The position numbers and the translations under genes were made by a program. From the human T2T-CHM13v2.0 reference genome, Homo sapiens: a stretch of 64,000 bases of DNA. Shown in pieces: positions 13,646-28,990 of the stretch (its first letter is position 1; the number at the start of each line of letters is the position of its first letter). The notes beneath the pieces are model-generated. The model did no database searches and was not told the origin of the DNA. It saw only the letters and a program-made list of their open reading frames with translations. Where the stretch lies: assembly GCA_009914755.4 (NCBI GenBank), contig CP068257.2, forward strand, positions 19,968,001 to 20,032,000, in the 5' to 3' direction.

Positions 13646-16600
13646 CTGTAATCAGAAAAGCAGAAAGAGATGGGGCAACTGTTAGCTTAAGCAATTATGG
13701 AAATAAAATTTAGAAAATAAACAATACCAGTTCCCAAACATTTATCCAAAAGTCTTAGGACTATATGTGCTTGAACTATAGAACTTTTCATACTTTATAA
13801 AGTTATTAGAATGCATACACACTATATGTTTTAACAGTCACCAGCAGGTTCTGGGACAATGCCTCAATACATCATTCTGGAGAAAAATAAATGAATATTC
13901 ACATAAAGCAAAATAAACAGAGACTATAAAATTCATGTCATCTCAAGTTAGGTTTGGCTTCTAAATGAGTTGGGAAAACTATTTTAGATTTTAGTGCTTT
14001 CTGAATTTCAGAACTACAGGTGAAGAACCTGTAATGTCAACAATGCAGAAAATTATAAGTATAAAAATAGGAGTATAAAAAATAGGAGAGTCATTGACTT
14101 GGATGTTAAAGCAAATTCCTTGTTGGAGTAGTTAAGGTAAAAAAAAAAAAATCCACAAATCTATGAAGTAGGTATGTTCAGTGAATACTTCAAGTTCTTA
14201 AATAAATAGTTAAGGAAGATTATACAAACACCCTCCTCCGATAGGCAGTTGTCCTAAGGAATTACCCCTTGCCTTCAGTTCCTATTGTTGGTATCATCAT
14301 TATTTTTTAAAAATTAGATGGAAAAAAATAATTTACTAATTTACCTCTGTACATAATAAGAAAGGTCTGCTGAGCCTCAGCCGAGTGTAATGTAGAGAGT
14401 AGCAGGGGGATGTGAAGGGCCAGTTTGAGTAATCCCACTCCTAACTCAATTGTGTGGCTATTGTCTCTGAGTGGCTTTTCACTGTGTGTTTTAAAATAGA
14501 CTCTAGTTCATGAAAGACACAAAAATGTCATTATTTCCATAAATGTAACTAGAACTGGCAGAAAATATAAAATTCTGTGGAAACCACAGGCTCAAAATGA
14601 AGACTCTTGTTCCAGCCCAATTCAAATATATCTGATAAATGAATAGTATGCTACAGGCTTAACTCACATCTTCTCTAGTTATTTGTACGCCAATGACAAG
14701 AATGGTTCAGAACAAGTTACTGGGTCATACTGCATGGTCTCTATAGTCATATTTTAAAAATTCTATACATTTAATTCTAATCATATTATAAAACACATTA
14801 TCATTACTAGTATTATTATCACTAATATTAGGATCTTAACATTAAAATTCTGTAAAACTACTTTGGAATGGTATTAAATTGGATAGCATATTATCTTAGA
14901 AATGGTAAACTGAAATAAGTAGTATTTTTCAAGTAAATAAATTCATGTGGAAAATTATGCCCCATTTGATGTTATTCATTTATTTCTTTAATAAATATGT
15001 ATTTGTTGACTAGATGAATGAATGAACAATATGTTTTTAACCAGTTACTCATATTGCATATCTCTCAAATAAGACTGTTTCCTTTGTTATTTAAGCAAGC
15101 CACATGTATTTGAATGCTAATGTATTTCTGTTCTTAATTTGCAGTATTGTTCTTTAATATTCTTGTTGATATAAATTGAACTGAATGGTCATATCATCAA
15201 ATATTTATGGATTAAAAAATTTTTCATAGAAGCCAATAGAACAATTTTAGTCTGTATTTTGTGTTTGTTAAGTTTGTTTTTATCAAGGTTGTATGGACCC
15301 TTAAAACTCTATTATATTTAGATGCTTGCTTGGCTTAAATGTAATGTTTTACAAAAATTCATTTCTGCATATAGTGTTTTACAAATAATTGCCTCTTCAA
15401 ATGTGTGCCTATATTAGAATCCAAAATAATTGTGATATAAGGTATAATTCTCATATTAAGGCATTCAAAAATACATTTTATATTAAAGTGTTAATATTGT
15501 ATATTATCTCTTATAAGGTTAGTCTTCCATATTATCATTTTCCCCAATGATATTAATACATGAAAAGGCTCTCTAGTGTGTCTTTTTTTTCTAAAAGCTT
15601 GAGAATATTATTGCGATTTCCTTAAAATATAAAGGACGTTAATCATTTAGCTATGTTGCATTATGAATGTCATTATTTCAGAGAGGTGGATATATTCTAG
15701 GAGTCTGTTGAAAATGAATCTAGTTTAGAAGAACATGAAACATAATAAAAGATACTTCTCACCATGTTGTAAAGAGTAAGAACAGATTTGAGGTTTGTAG
15801 GAAATCAGTTATATGGAAAATTAATCATTCAAGATATAAAGAACAGAATAAAAATGCTAATTTTTGAAATTCAAAGATAGACTTCAGAATAGAGAGAATA
15901 CAATAAAAGGTAGCAATTATAAACAAAAGAAATACAAACTCTTTAAGCCTTATCTAGCTCTGGAGCTTGCCAAAAGTACAAAACAGGAATTAGGAAAAAA
16001 AAATTAATTGTCGACATCTACAGATAACATAATCTTTTTAAAAGAAATTGAAAAGTTTATCTTAAAAGGAAAAAAATTTTATTTTTAATATGAGTTTTGT
16101 TTTCAGATGTATACTTTCTTTAAAGATGTAAAATGAACTTTTGCTTGAGAGCAGAACTTATCTAAGAGACAGAAAAACGAGATTTTGTATTTTATTATAT
16201 TGTATCTGATTATAACCAATCAACTGAAACTCGTAAAGCACCATTCAATTTTAACAAGTGATCCAGAATACCAGCCTCTTAGTGGACAGAAACAGAGGCG
16301 ACTTCCTGATCAATCAGCAAAGAGAACACCAGAGAGTTAAACTTCATTCTGACTCCTGCTTCTGAGGCAAAAGTAGCTCTAATGCTGTTCCTATTTTAGC
16401 AACTCCATGGAGAGCCCCCACAGTTCATTTGAAGTGGTCGAAAATTCTTTCCTTTGAAGAATTCTTACCTTCAGAACCACTTTTATGTGGATCAGGGCCT
16501 GTGAAGGAAAGGTCAAGAAAGCTCTGACCTGTGACTTATTTGTGCTGCTAAACTGTAATTATTAAAAAGATAAAAGTATGATTCTATGAATATGGAATTA

Positions 16601-17495
16601 ACATGTGTTAAGCGTTTTAACTCATTAATTAATGTAGGAACTAGTAAGATGTTAAAACAAGTTCAAAGAAGAAGTTGAAGAACATTGTATAGTTCGTGTG
16701 TGTATACACACACCAAATCAAGAAATCTAAAATGAATTTGCTAAGAGATAGAAAATATTTCATAGTTTATAGGGAAATGAAATGCAACAGTTGGGGTCAT
16801 ATTTTCTAAGAGCAGAAATCCATTTTACCTTCCCTAGAAAAAAATCATTTTGTTGCTATGAATAAGAATAATTTCAATTTTCATCAAATTTTACAATTCA
16901 ACCTCTACCGCTACAGGGTTTTTAAATATCCTTGTGAATATAAAAAAAATCAAAAGTGAAAAACACATAAAATCTGATAATCCTTCAAGGTCTACTAGAC
17001 ACTGTCTTGAATCTCAGTGAAAGAAAACCCAGTAAGCTTGTTTGCCCATTTACATGTCTTGGAAAATTTATCCCAAGAGCCTTTGGTTGTGTCTAAAGCT
17101 AAAGTTTTCTTGATCTGAAAATTCCAGTTGGGCTAATTCATGTTTTTTTTTAATTCCTCAAATCCATTTGTTAACAAATTGTGACAATATTCTAGAGTTT
17201 CCCTCCAAGTATATTTCAATGCACAAAAGCAGGAAATCAGTTGTCCAAATAATAGGTTTAAAAGTTTACATCTCAAATGATTACAAAATAATTAAAAACG
17301 TAAACCTATCCTTTGGCTTAAACTTAAATGACAATTTAATTTCAAGGAAGATAAACTTCCAAAAAGTTATAAAAGTTTTAGTAATAATCTTCCATGATAC
17401 TACACATTCTCAAATATAGAACCGGAATTTGGAAAATGCAAATTTTATCAACCTCCACTCTCAACACTTCAGTGGAATCAGAATTGCTTGAATAA

Positions 17496-17869
<374 letters not shown>

Positions 17870-20221
17870 TAACTCAGCATTTTTGACTGCATACCTTGCT
17901 TGGCACAAGTTGCACTTTGATAAATATTTGGCAAAATAAAGACACGAGGGTTCTAAGAGGGTAAAAAGTTGTAAAGTGAATATCTTTTACTCCTATGGCG
18001 TTCATAAATAACAGTTGTTTTATGGAAATGATAGAAAGTTATTTTCAGCCCTGTGTCTCCTGAATTGGAAGCATAAAGATTCTTAGAGATACGAAGTACA
18101 TATTTACCATTAAAAATAGGCATATTACATCAAGAGTGGCAAAGTGAAGGTAACAGAATGGTGTAAGGAGCACCAAGTGGTTCAGTTGTATAAACAGAAA
18201 GTGAAGGCGAAGGCAAAAAATAAAAAATACAATGAATATCATTTTCAAAGAAAAGACAAAGGATCAGTAGAACAAATAGAATAGTTACCATCTCAAAATG
18301 AAGTCTAGTTTACATCAGTCTATGTCTGAGACCTTTCATAACCTCTATAACGTCTGAGAATTCTGTATTCTATTAAATTCCCAAGTTCATGTGTATGCAC
18401 AGTCTGTTTATTTAGTTGTAATGATGCACAATATAATTCTTTGCTTCTAGAGCAAAATAGACATGAATAGGTTTGATCTCTGTTTTCAGTGGTCCTTTAG
18501 TTGAATAAGAAACATGGTGGGGCATCAGGTAGAGGAATATTGAGAGTTCCAGAGAGGAGGGGGAGAGGAGAGAGAGTCAGCAACCTGGGGTTGAAATAAA
18601 AGCTGGAATTTAAGAACAGAAACACACAGCAGTTCTATGTGGCATCGATAAGTTATACACATTATACCTAAGCTTATAACCTCAGGCAAGTCTGATGAGG
18701 GAAACGAGCAAGAGTGTCTAAACTAGAGCCCTTTGGGTCATAGGTTTAAGTAATAAGAATCGTAAACATGTTCACAATATTACAAAATTGTGCTACTGAC
18801 AAGTTTATGGTTTCAAGCCCCAGTTGAATAAATCTTATTGTTTTAATCTTTTTCTTCTATTGTGTCCTAACTTCTGTGAGGTGATTTCAAATCACTTAAA
18901 AGTACCTACAAACTTTCTTCACTCTTGCTCACCCACAGAAGATAAACTTGAGGACTAATTCAATAGGAAATAAAAACTCTGAGCTATAATATAGCTCAAA
19001 TTCAACCACCCTGCCATAACTAGCTGCTAAAATGTCCAAACTCTTCTGCACTTACAAGTTCCAGGAGAAATGGCAGAAACTTAATTTCTAGAAAGCAATT
19101 TAGTTGAAAACAAATTGATAAAAACAGCAAGTTGATCATAACAGAGTACTTACAATATGTGGGCTTTCATGTAATAGTACCTTTTAATCAACAGAGAATA
19201 TTTATTTTAATGAGTCAGAAACTTTGAAAACATTTTTAATATATTCAAATGTAGCATTTAAAATTTTTAAATGTACTTTAGTCAAATATGACAATATTTT
19301 AATTACATTATAAATTCTACTTTCATTTCAGTGACTTTTCCAAAACAAGTTTATTAAAATAAATGCTCTAACCATTAAAACTTGTTTAAATAAAATTTGA
19401 GCAACCTAGCGTAACACAAGATTTTAAAATATTAGTACATTCTTAATAATTATTATCTTTTTAATTTCATGTAATTGTATGGGACCAATAGTTTGCATTT
19501 GGCCATGTTTGTTCTCTTATATTAAAAGCTTTTCACATTTCTTCAATTAGCATACTTTGCTTCTATCTGATACAATTAATACTTGCAATTAGATTAATAA
19601 TGTAATTTCTATTTTTAAGAAAATGTGTTCAAAATTTGGAAATAAGCAAAAGATTAAAAGATTCCAGGTTTATAAATGGAATAATATTTCTACATTGAAC
19701 TTACAAGAAGTCTTGTAGTAAGTTAAATTTTGGTGTTTGAAAATTTAATGAATATTAATTTATGAGGCTAAAGGGTAATGTGTGAATACTATTTTCTGCA
19801 TTGAAAACTACACTCAGGAGCATTAAAAACAAATTAAAAATCACGTTGATACTCTCCCACACCTGTTTTTCCCTAAAAGGATATAGTAGGAAATGTTGAA
19901 TTTCTTTCAGCAAATATAACTGATATCTATACACTGAATTCAGAATTATTAATGGCTTTTTTCTGGTTATTAATCAAGCTACAAGAATGACTCCTGCTAT
20001 CCTATGAGGGAGCACTGATATTTCAGGAGAAAAATTGTGCTGGGAATACTTTTTTATTGTGATGAAATATATGCAACATAAAACTTACTGTGTTAACCGT
20101 GAAGTGGACAATTTAGCTGCATTAAGGGCATTTACATCATTGTGCAGCTATCACCACCAAACATCTCCAGAACTTTTCTACTATCCCAAACTAAGCCCTG
20201 TAGCCATTAAACAAAAATTCT

Positions 20222-20560
20222 GATTCCCTCCTATCCATAACCTCTGGTAACCACTCTGTTACTTTCTGTCTCTTTGAAATTGACTATTCTTAGTACCTCA
20301 TAAAAATGAAATCATGCGATACTTATCATTTTATATCTAGCTTATTTCACTTAGCATAATGTTTTCAAGTTTGATCCACATTGTTTCATGTACCTGAATT
20401 TCATTCCTTTTTAAGGCTAAATAATAATCCCACTGTACGGATATGCCACATTTTTTTTCCATTCATCCATTGGTTGACATTTTATTTCTGCTTTATGCCT
20501 ATGGTGAAAATGCTGCTATGAATATTGGTGTACAAATATCGTGGAAGCAAAGGTGAGTAA
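20222..20560 (-). mobile_element. Old L1 (L1M) 3'-region fragment, antisense
   Basis: ggtaaccactctgttactttctgtctc...tagcttatttcacttagcataatgttttcaagtttgatccacattgtttcatgtacctgaatttcattcctttttaaggctaaataataatcccactgtacggatatgccacattttttttccattcatccattggttgacattttatttctgctttatgcctatggtgaaaatgctgctatgaatattggtgtacaaat matches the antisense L1M 3' region. Confidence 0.75.
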
Positions 20561-23500
20561 ATATGTCAGGATGTTTCTTACCATTTTAAAGGTTGCTTTT
20601 TCTTGATTAAGCATTTGCTTGGCAGCTATAGAGCTGTAATTGTTTTCTGGAACTCTTTAAAGGTTAGTCCAGCTAGTTCCTGGTTTCTTTTTCTTAAATG
20701 TTTCTGCAAAGAAATGAAGGCTTGAAGCTGCTTAGTCAGCCATTTTGCTCTGCAAGAGGAATTTTTATGCAGCATTGTCTGAATAATTTTTGACCTAAAA
20801 ACGGAAAGTTGTGATATTGTATATGGAAAATAATGTACCTTGCATTTTATGAATAAGTTAAGTGTTTAATGATATTCACATTTCATACATATAATTTAGC
20901 AGGTTGTTTATATACCAGAGAAATTTTCAGTATGTTCAAATAATGCCATACATTTTGTTGTACAGGCACTGTGTAATGACAGGTGGGGTAGGTACTATTA
21001 TCACTGTATCAAATAAAAAATAATTTAGGCATGGAGACAAAACATTATCTGCATAATTCTAAAATGATGGAGTTAGGAAGACTTATTGTGTGATTTTTCT
21101 TTGTCAGCACATTTTATAGCAGCCTTCTCTAATTGCTTGTGTGTGTTTTCATTTACACACTCAAAAGTTTAGTCAAAACATTTCTGGAAATTATCATGAA
21201 AGCACGCAAAGGATATGGTCAAGGACAATAATCATTTAGGACATAATCTTCTTGGTCTTCATAGGCCCATAATAAATTATGGAAGCAGAAATATTGGTTG
21301 TAGGTAGTTGCTTTCATCTACTTAAATTTAAGCACTATAAATTCCCCAAATCTCTGTTCAATTTTAGCTAAAAGTCAGCTCTCAGGTTTAGATCAGGATC
21401 TGACTCACAGGAAACTGAAATAATGGGTTAGCTTTGGTCTTGGGATAAAAGGTAGATCAGGATGAGGCAAGACATGATTAGACGAAACCTAATCAATAAA
21501 AACTTCAATTAAACAACACTGGCTTATCATATTTATTTTTCACTTCTCAATATAAATATGAATAAATGTGCCTTAACGTACAATAATATATTTTTATTTT
21601 TAGTATCTAAAGATTTAAATAAATCATCTATCTCATAAGGGCCAAACCCTTTGATTTTGTTATATGCTCATTTAATTGATGTCCCTTGGCGTATGAAGCA
21701 CTCTTTACTTTGGTTCGCCTTCTTTCTTCCTACACCTTCTCACAATCTATTGCTGACTCTTCTTCTTACAAACTAGAATTTGTTGATATTCTTCCAGCTA
21801 TCTTTGTTAGTCTTCTCAACTATCTTTTCATGATCTGCCTGATAATCTATCTAATCTCATAGTTTCAAACATGATCTTCACTCTGAAATTTATAGTCTTT
21901 CCTGAGATTTAAAACTGTAGTTGTTCATTCACTTATTCACATTATATACTCAATTAAAAATTATTCACAAAGCATCCTCTTCCACAGCATCTCTATAGTG
22001 TTTCTAATTTGATTTCCACAAGAAGCCCAAATTCTCATTCTCTGTACTTCCGGTGCACTCCCCTTTCAGTTTTCCCTATCTCTGTTACCAGCATCTTCAT
22101 GAGTTACTCATCCTAAAATTGTAAGTTTTTCTCTTTTCTGCTCAGTGTAGATTGAATCAATGTTGATAGATCCAGTCTCCATTTCAGGGAATTTCGTTCA
22201 TCATTGTCCTCACTAGTGAAAAGGAAAAAGAAAGAATGTATTTGCTCTATAGAAATGATTTACTTACCATAAATTAATTAAATCACTAAGCCACAAACAA
22301 GCTGAATCATGAGGTGTTACCAAAAATGTGTAAAATTTGAGTTCAAAATTTATACTTGAATAATTAGAAATTGTCTAAAAGTTTCATTAGGCATTTCAAA
22401 TATCTTAGATCTTAGAGCCTTTATGTGGAAGTTCATTTAGAACATGTTAGGATAACTAAATACCAACCAATAAACAAAAAAGCTATCCAAGGCAATGTGT
22501 TTGAACTTCTGGAACCAATCTTTAAATGATTCTTCCTAAAGTCCCATTATATTGTTTTCAAATGGCATTGGAGAGTGAATAAAGGGAACAATAAGATTTT
22601 ACAAGACTGAAAGCATTTACGAAACCATGTAACTGCCAAAGAATGGATGTTAAAGCATCCTAAAGAGTCTGATTAATGAATAATTTAAAAAGTCATCGTA
22701 GCTAACTACTCCATGTTATACGACCTTTACCCCTTGGGCATCTGATAAAGAGAAAGGTTCAGCTTTAAACAACCTTAGTTGAATTAGAAATTTACTTGCT
22801 TATCCTAAAGCCATCCATTTTATGACCCAGTTGATTACGTTTATTTTTCTCTCCTTAGATTTCTTCATGTCTTTTCATACAGAATGAATCATATGATGAT
22901 AATAGGCAGCTGAGAAAGGAGTAACAGAGAAGGATTCTTTAATAACCCACACATGCCTGTGGTAAAAGCAACTGGGTCTTTTAAGCTGTGTGTATGATTC
23001 CTAAATGTCAAAACTTCTTTGTGGCTGTGCCTTTGTTCTGTTATTCTCTATGTTTAGGTGATACTTTCCTTTTTTATGTCTAAATTCTACTTATCTTTCA
23101 ACACTTAACTCATCAGTCACCAACATTGTGGAAGCTAACCTGATTTATCCTTTTTATAACTAATAATGTAATACTTCAATAAATGCTCTTCCATAATGCC
23201 TTGACTAGAATACTATGACATGTATAATATTAATGTGCATTACAACTGGTTACATACCATTATATGAACTTAATATCAGCAGGTCTGTGTCTCCTTGGAA
23301 ATAGAAAAATGACTTGAATATAACAATTGCATTAAAATGTTGGCTTAATTGAATTTCATGTTCCACAAAATTAATTTACTGCTCAGAGCAACTGGCCTAG
23401 GAATCTAAAATTTTCATGATTGCAACTCAGCTTAGTTCTAACCATATTTTGATGTTAGCCCAAGCAAGTATTATTTTATGTAATTAAAAAAAGTTAAGAT

Positions 23501-26192
23501 TATTAAACATATGTTTTCTACTTATTTCATAAAACTGCATATTCATATAGAATTTCTATCTCCTTATGAACACTGCACAAATTATAAAAACATGTAAAAT
23601 AAATGTATAAAAACTACTTATGCCAAAACAAAGGAAACCTTTCTTACGCCCCTTACACCCTTTGTGGATATTAACCACATTCAGAATATTCTTGTGATCA
23701 TTTCTCCAGCTGGACACCTACTGAAACAGAAATGACTTTAGCTTAATTAAAGTCCCTATTGGTGCAATGGCCTTCAAACTACAGGGTGATCCTTGTGGAA
23801 AAAGCAATGGCCATCCTACTCATTGCAGTGGCTGGGGGTTTAATCCTGGAAGGGTTATCTACTGTTCACCCTATTTTTAACAAGAAATCACCTCCATTGG
23901 GCTACAACTCTCTTTTATACCTCTGGAGGTTGGAAATGTGGATATTTATTGCAGTTAAGGAACTAAGAATTTTAAAGAGGTAACTTGCCAAAGCTGGCTG
24001 AAAAATGCCCTCATTCTCCTTCAAGTTTATTGTCCACACGGCGCTGTGTTGACATTCCAAGAAGGATAATGTGGTTCAAGTCTTTCAGCACAGGTTTCAG
24101 GGATATAGCTCTCAACAAGGAATTGCGCTTGAATAGCTGATTTTATTTACTTACTAAAGAGTATCTCTTTTATAATTTAACAAGTAGAAAAATAGTTTTA
24201 AATACTCAGATAATTACAAGTTAAAGCATCAAAACATAGACTTTCTCCGTGGTCAGGGTGGGTGGGTTTCATGAGCTTGCATCCTATGCAATCACAATGG
24301 CCTCATGCTTAGAAGAACCCTGTGAATGGTCTTAGGTTATGCTATCACTGTCGTGAAATTCTTGCTAACTTTTGGACAAAGGGTTCCTACATTTTCTTTT
24401 GGTGCTGCCTTTGCTTACTGGTTTAGAATTAATCAAGAGGTTTTGGCTGCTGAAAGTGGCAAGTACAAAGCACTTAGGTAAAGTGAATAAATCTCCAATT
24501 TTCTGAATTAGCAGCTTATAGGCTATGTCCCAGAAAATTGTATTGCAAACTTTTGTTTCAGCAGAACTCCACCACATTTTTATTTTCTTCTAGTGAAATG
24601 TTATGCAGAAGCCCAACCTTTGAAGCCAGTAAAAGTGAAGCTGATGTGGTTCGAGTGCAGTTGTGAGGAGAGAAAGGTCCAAGGTTCTCTCGGCATAGAG
24701 TTGAGGAGGGTGGTTGGGGACAGTGAGTTAACATTAAAGAACCTTAATATGAGGCAAAACACAGTGTGAAAGCAATAATGATCAACAAAGGGTATTGGAA
24801 TAATTGTAGGGAAGTGTAGGCTTATTAATATTCAGAATCAAAGCACTTTATCTAAAGGACTAACGAAACACCTGAATTGAACAGGGCTTAAAAAAGATAC
24901 TATTCTTGGGTGCTTGATATAAAAGGATACAGAAAAGTCTTTTCAGAGGCTTACAATATAGTGAGTGTTAGAACTGTAAATCTCACGTAACTTTTGTCTT
25001 TCCATCTGAATGTACAGTAGAACAGATTGTAAAGTGCACAATTATATGATATACAAACTCTAAAACATTGTCATGGTAGTTTTGAATTTCTTGAGGAAAT
25101 ATGACATATACCTGAATATCAGCTTTCAGACTATTGCTCTGACCTTTTGCCCAGTTGTTTAAAATTTTCTCATTAGAACTGGGTGTATAATACAGGTCTG
25201 TTTCCCTTTATTGGAATTAGAAATAGCTCAGACACAATGCCATTAACAGGAGATCAACAGGCTATTCCATCAAGAATGGACTTAGAATATTGGTAAACAT
25301 TGCTCAGAATCCAAATTGAGCTGTAGACTCAGTATCTTATTATGTAAGTGCAAGGTGTGAATTTTATGTGCTGAAGCCATGTCAAGCACTATTAAACTGA
25401 CAAGGGTATAAAGAAGAAACAATACAGACCTCTTGGAAACTCTCATTATCAACAGGCGATTAGAGGTGTGTAGTTTCAACAGAGAGAGACGGAGGAATTC
25501 TTGAATGCTGTTCAACAATCAATATTCTAAGTCTACATGTTTTTTAGGAAAACACAAAACAGTGATTCTTTTTTAATATGCTCATCAGCTTGGTTATCAA
25601 AGTCATATTTCAACATTGCCTGTGCTCATTAAATTTGTACTTGAATATAAATGTTTGAATATACATTTTTATGTGGAAAAAAGTCTTGAAATGAATCTAA
25701 AGTGGTTTCAAGGACACATTTCACAGTTCATAATTTACCAACTAAAGATATGACATTTTGATGGTCCCTCAAATCTGTTTCTCAGGACACCCATTGCGCT
25801 TTTAAAGTGGTGTTGTGTCTTAATGCCTCAGTCACACCTGAGATGACTGGCTGGGTTTCTTGAGTGATAGAAATGATAACAATTACACCAGTTTCCCTAA
25901 AAGCCAACTTCAGTAACTTTGATGGCCCTGATATTTTTGTCTGTGGGAGCAATTACTGACCAGCTAAATGCTGCTGTCCACAAAAAAATTGTAAATTGTG
26001 TCCTATAGAAGTATTTAGAAAATACTATTTGAACCAATGTGACAGTTAAGGTTCTCATCTTGCTCTGAGAAATATTGGACCTTATTTTATCCTTTGACAG
26101 TAAGCTATCTTACTGTCAAGGTTAGTCCAGCAATATAGTCTACTGTTCAATATTTATTTTTCCTTATTTTATCTTATTTTTAAATCTTACTT

Positions 26193-26475
26193 ATTTTTTT
26201 TTGAGACGGAGTTTCACTCTGTCACCCAGGCTGGGGTGCAGTGGTGGGATCTCAGCTTACTATAACCTGCGCCTCCCGGGTTCAAGTGATTCTCCTGCCT
26301 CAGACTCCCGAGTAGCTGAGATTACATGAGTGAACCATGATGCCTGGCTAATTTTTGTATTTTTAGTAGAGATGGGGTTTCACCATGTTGGCCATGCTAG
26401 TCTCCAACTCCTTACCTCAAGTGATCCCCCGCCTCGGCCACCCAAAGTGCTAGAATTGAGCCACCGCCCCCGGTC
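26193..26475 (-). mobile_element. Alu SINE (antisense); the poly-T at 26193-26202 is the A-tail
   Basis: tttttttttgagacggagtttcactctgtcacccaggctggggtgcagtggtgggatctcagcttactataacctgcgcctcccgggttcaagtgattctcctgcctcagactcccgagtagctgag...ggtttcaccatgttggccatgctagtctccaactccttacctcaagtgatcccccgcctcggccacccaaagtgctagaattgagccaccgcccccggtc. cttatttt-like flanks on both sides may be a TSD. Confidence 0.95.
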
Positions 26476-28214
26476 TATTTTTTCTTATTTTAAATAGATA
26501 AATATTTGGAATAAAAAAGATAAGTGTCCAACTGAAGGATAAAATAATCCAGTAGCAGAGGCTTGAATACCAGAAAATTAAATGACAAAAAAGGCTATCT
26601 CTAGACATATTCAAAGTCAAATTCAAAGCCAGAGTGAAGGTCACCCAGAGGCTGCGTTTGGTATCAGAGCTGATGTTTGTTTAGGTGAAGTTTGTTTAGG
26701 TGAATCTCTCTTTCATATTGCAATAGTTTTAAATAGAGTCTTCCTTGTCTGTTTAAATCTGTCCAGTACAATTTTTCTTAGACTATTGATAACTAAGTGT
26801 TGCTTGGCATGTTAAAAAGGAGGCCTTAGGTATGCTGCCGTGGGGAGGTGCTGGGCAAAGAGTGATAGGTTAATGCTGCTGGTGGTGAGATTTAACCACT
26901 TGTTAGCTTTGTTCACTATGCATGCACCACACATATCACTAATGGTGATCCTGGCAAGAACAAGAATACAAGTGGATTTCTACCAAAACATCTCCCATTA
27001 ATTTTCATGCAACTACTAACAACATTCCTTTATTAAAAAGTATAAAATCCAGGTTCAATGCTGGAGAAAAGTATAAATCAGAAGTGCTCCAGGAAAACTA
27101 CCTAGAGTAGAAAAGAAATCTTGGGGATGAGTAATTGTCTGTTACCTCCCAAATCTTGTAGTGTGGCCCACTGGCACGAAACTCAATTATCATCAAAAAT
27201 GTGATAAAAAAAGGTCACTAGAAATCAACAACCATACTGTCCTAAATCAGGTACCAATTAGTTCTACAAATTTAGTGCATTTTTTGTGTTGGAGTGGATG
27301 GTGATTGATGACAAGGCGTAAAGGTCGAAGGGGCTACCTTTGATATGTATTAGTTGTTTTCTAGAACATCATAACAGAAACACGTTTTCATTTCTCTTTG
27401 GCGGTTTCTATCTCTGTGTCCATGTTGGAAAAGAGAATAGAAGAGAAAAAAGGAGAGAAGACAGCTACCATATTTTATAGTTCTTTCTCAGCTTTCATTG
27501 GAAAGCTTACTGGCAAGTCAAGAGCATAGAAATACGAAATGAAAAAATAATAATGAGTAAAACATGTATTAGAGAATAATTAAGTATGATCTATCTGTTT
27601 AAAAATAATTTAAGACATCTTTATAAAATGCATAGTTCTTACTTCATGGATCAAAGAAAGGCAATGGAATGTTTCCACTCTCTCCCATTACTTTCAATCT
27701 GTTGTTGCATACATGTCATGCATCATTATTAGGTATGTGAAGCTCTTCCTTCTTTAAGTTACTTTATATCAAATATCGGCTTGATTATTAACATTTTAAA
27801 AATCTGTTTCATACAATCGGTGAATAGTTGAGAGTTGCAGTCTTATTTCCTAAGTATTTGCAAATATATTACATATAAAACTCCAGGAATTGGTTTAGTG
27901 GCGTTTTATAGGCAATTTTATCCTGTTCCTGGAGTGCAACTATAAGGTGTGCTGAGCTATTCCTACTAGGCAAGACAGTAGTTTCCAACATTGCCAGAAA
28001 GCTCTGAGCAGCAGTCAGTTTTATATGCCTATGTGTGTATGGAGGAACTGGAGAAGCCTTTGGGTATATATACACTTTAAGGAATCTTGAACTCTGAAGC
28101 CTGCCAGTCTACAACTGGGTTAAAATTCTGCATCAGCCACTTACCAGCTTCATGACTTTAGACAAATTAAAAAGTTACTTAACAGTAAGAACTCTCATTT
28201 ATTGCAGGCAATAA

Positions 28215-28990
28215 TGCAAAATAGTATAGCCACTTTGGAAGACATTTTAGCAGTTCCTTACAAAACTAAACTTACTCTTGCCACACAACCCAGCAATCAC
28301 ACTACTTGATATTTACCTAAATCAATTAAAAACTTATAGCCACAGAAAAAAATCTGCTCAGAGATGTTTATAGCAGTTTCATTCATAATTGCCAACTATT
28401 TGAATCCACCAAGATGTCCTTCAGTAGGTGAATGTATAAATTCACTGTGGTACATTCAGAAATTGGGATATGATTCAATGCTGAAAAGAAATGAGCTATT
28501 AAGCCATGAAAAGATACAGAGGAATCTTAAATACATATTACTAAGTGAAAAAAGCCAATCTGAAAAAGCTCTATACTGTATGATTCCAACTATATGACAC
28601 TCTGGAAAAGGCCAAACTGTGGAGACAATAAAAAGATTAATGGTTGCCAAGGGTTTGGGGGAGGGAAGGATTGAAAATGCAGAACACAGAGGATGTTTAG
28701 GGCAGTGAAACTATATTCTGTATGATAGATACTGCAGTGGTGGACACATGCCATTACACATTTGTCCAAACCCATACAATGTGCAACACCGAGCAAGAGT
28801 GAACCTTCATGTAAATGATGGATAATGGGTGATAATAACATGTTAATTTAAGTTCATCAATTGCAACAAATATACCCCGGTGGTGGGAAGTGTTGATAGT
28901 GGGGGAAGATGTGGCTGTGTCGAGACAGGGGATATATGGGAACTTTCTGTACTTTCTGCTCAATTTTGCTGTGAATCTGAAACCTCTTTA
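28215..28990 (+). mobile_element. Old L1 (L1M) 3' end: ORF2 C-terminal remnant plus 3' UTR
   Basis: ...ccaccaagatgtccttcagtaggtgaatgtataaattcactgtggtacattcagaaattgggatatgattcaatgctgaaaagaaatgagctattaagccatgaaaagatacagaggaatcttaaatacatattactaagtgaaaaaagccaatctgaaaaagctctatactgtatgattccaactatatgacactctggaaaaggccaaactgtggagacaataaaaagattaatggttgccaagggtttgggggagggaaggattgaaaatgcagaacacagaggatgtttagggcagtgaaactatattctgtatgatagatactgcagtggtggacacatgccattacacatttgtccaaacc... matches the characteristic L1M 3' end. Confidence 0.7.
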
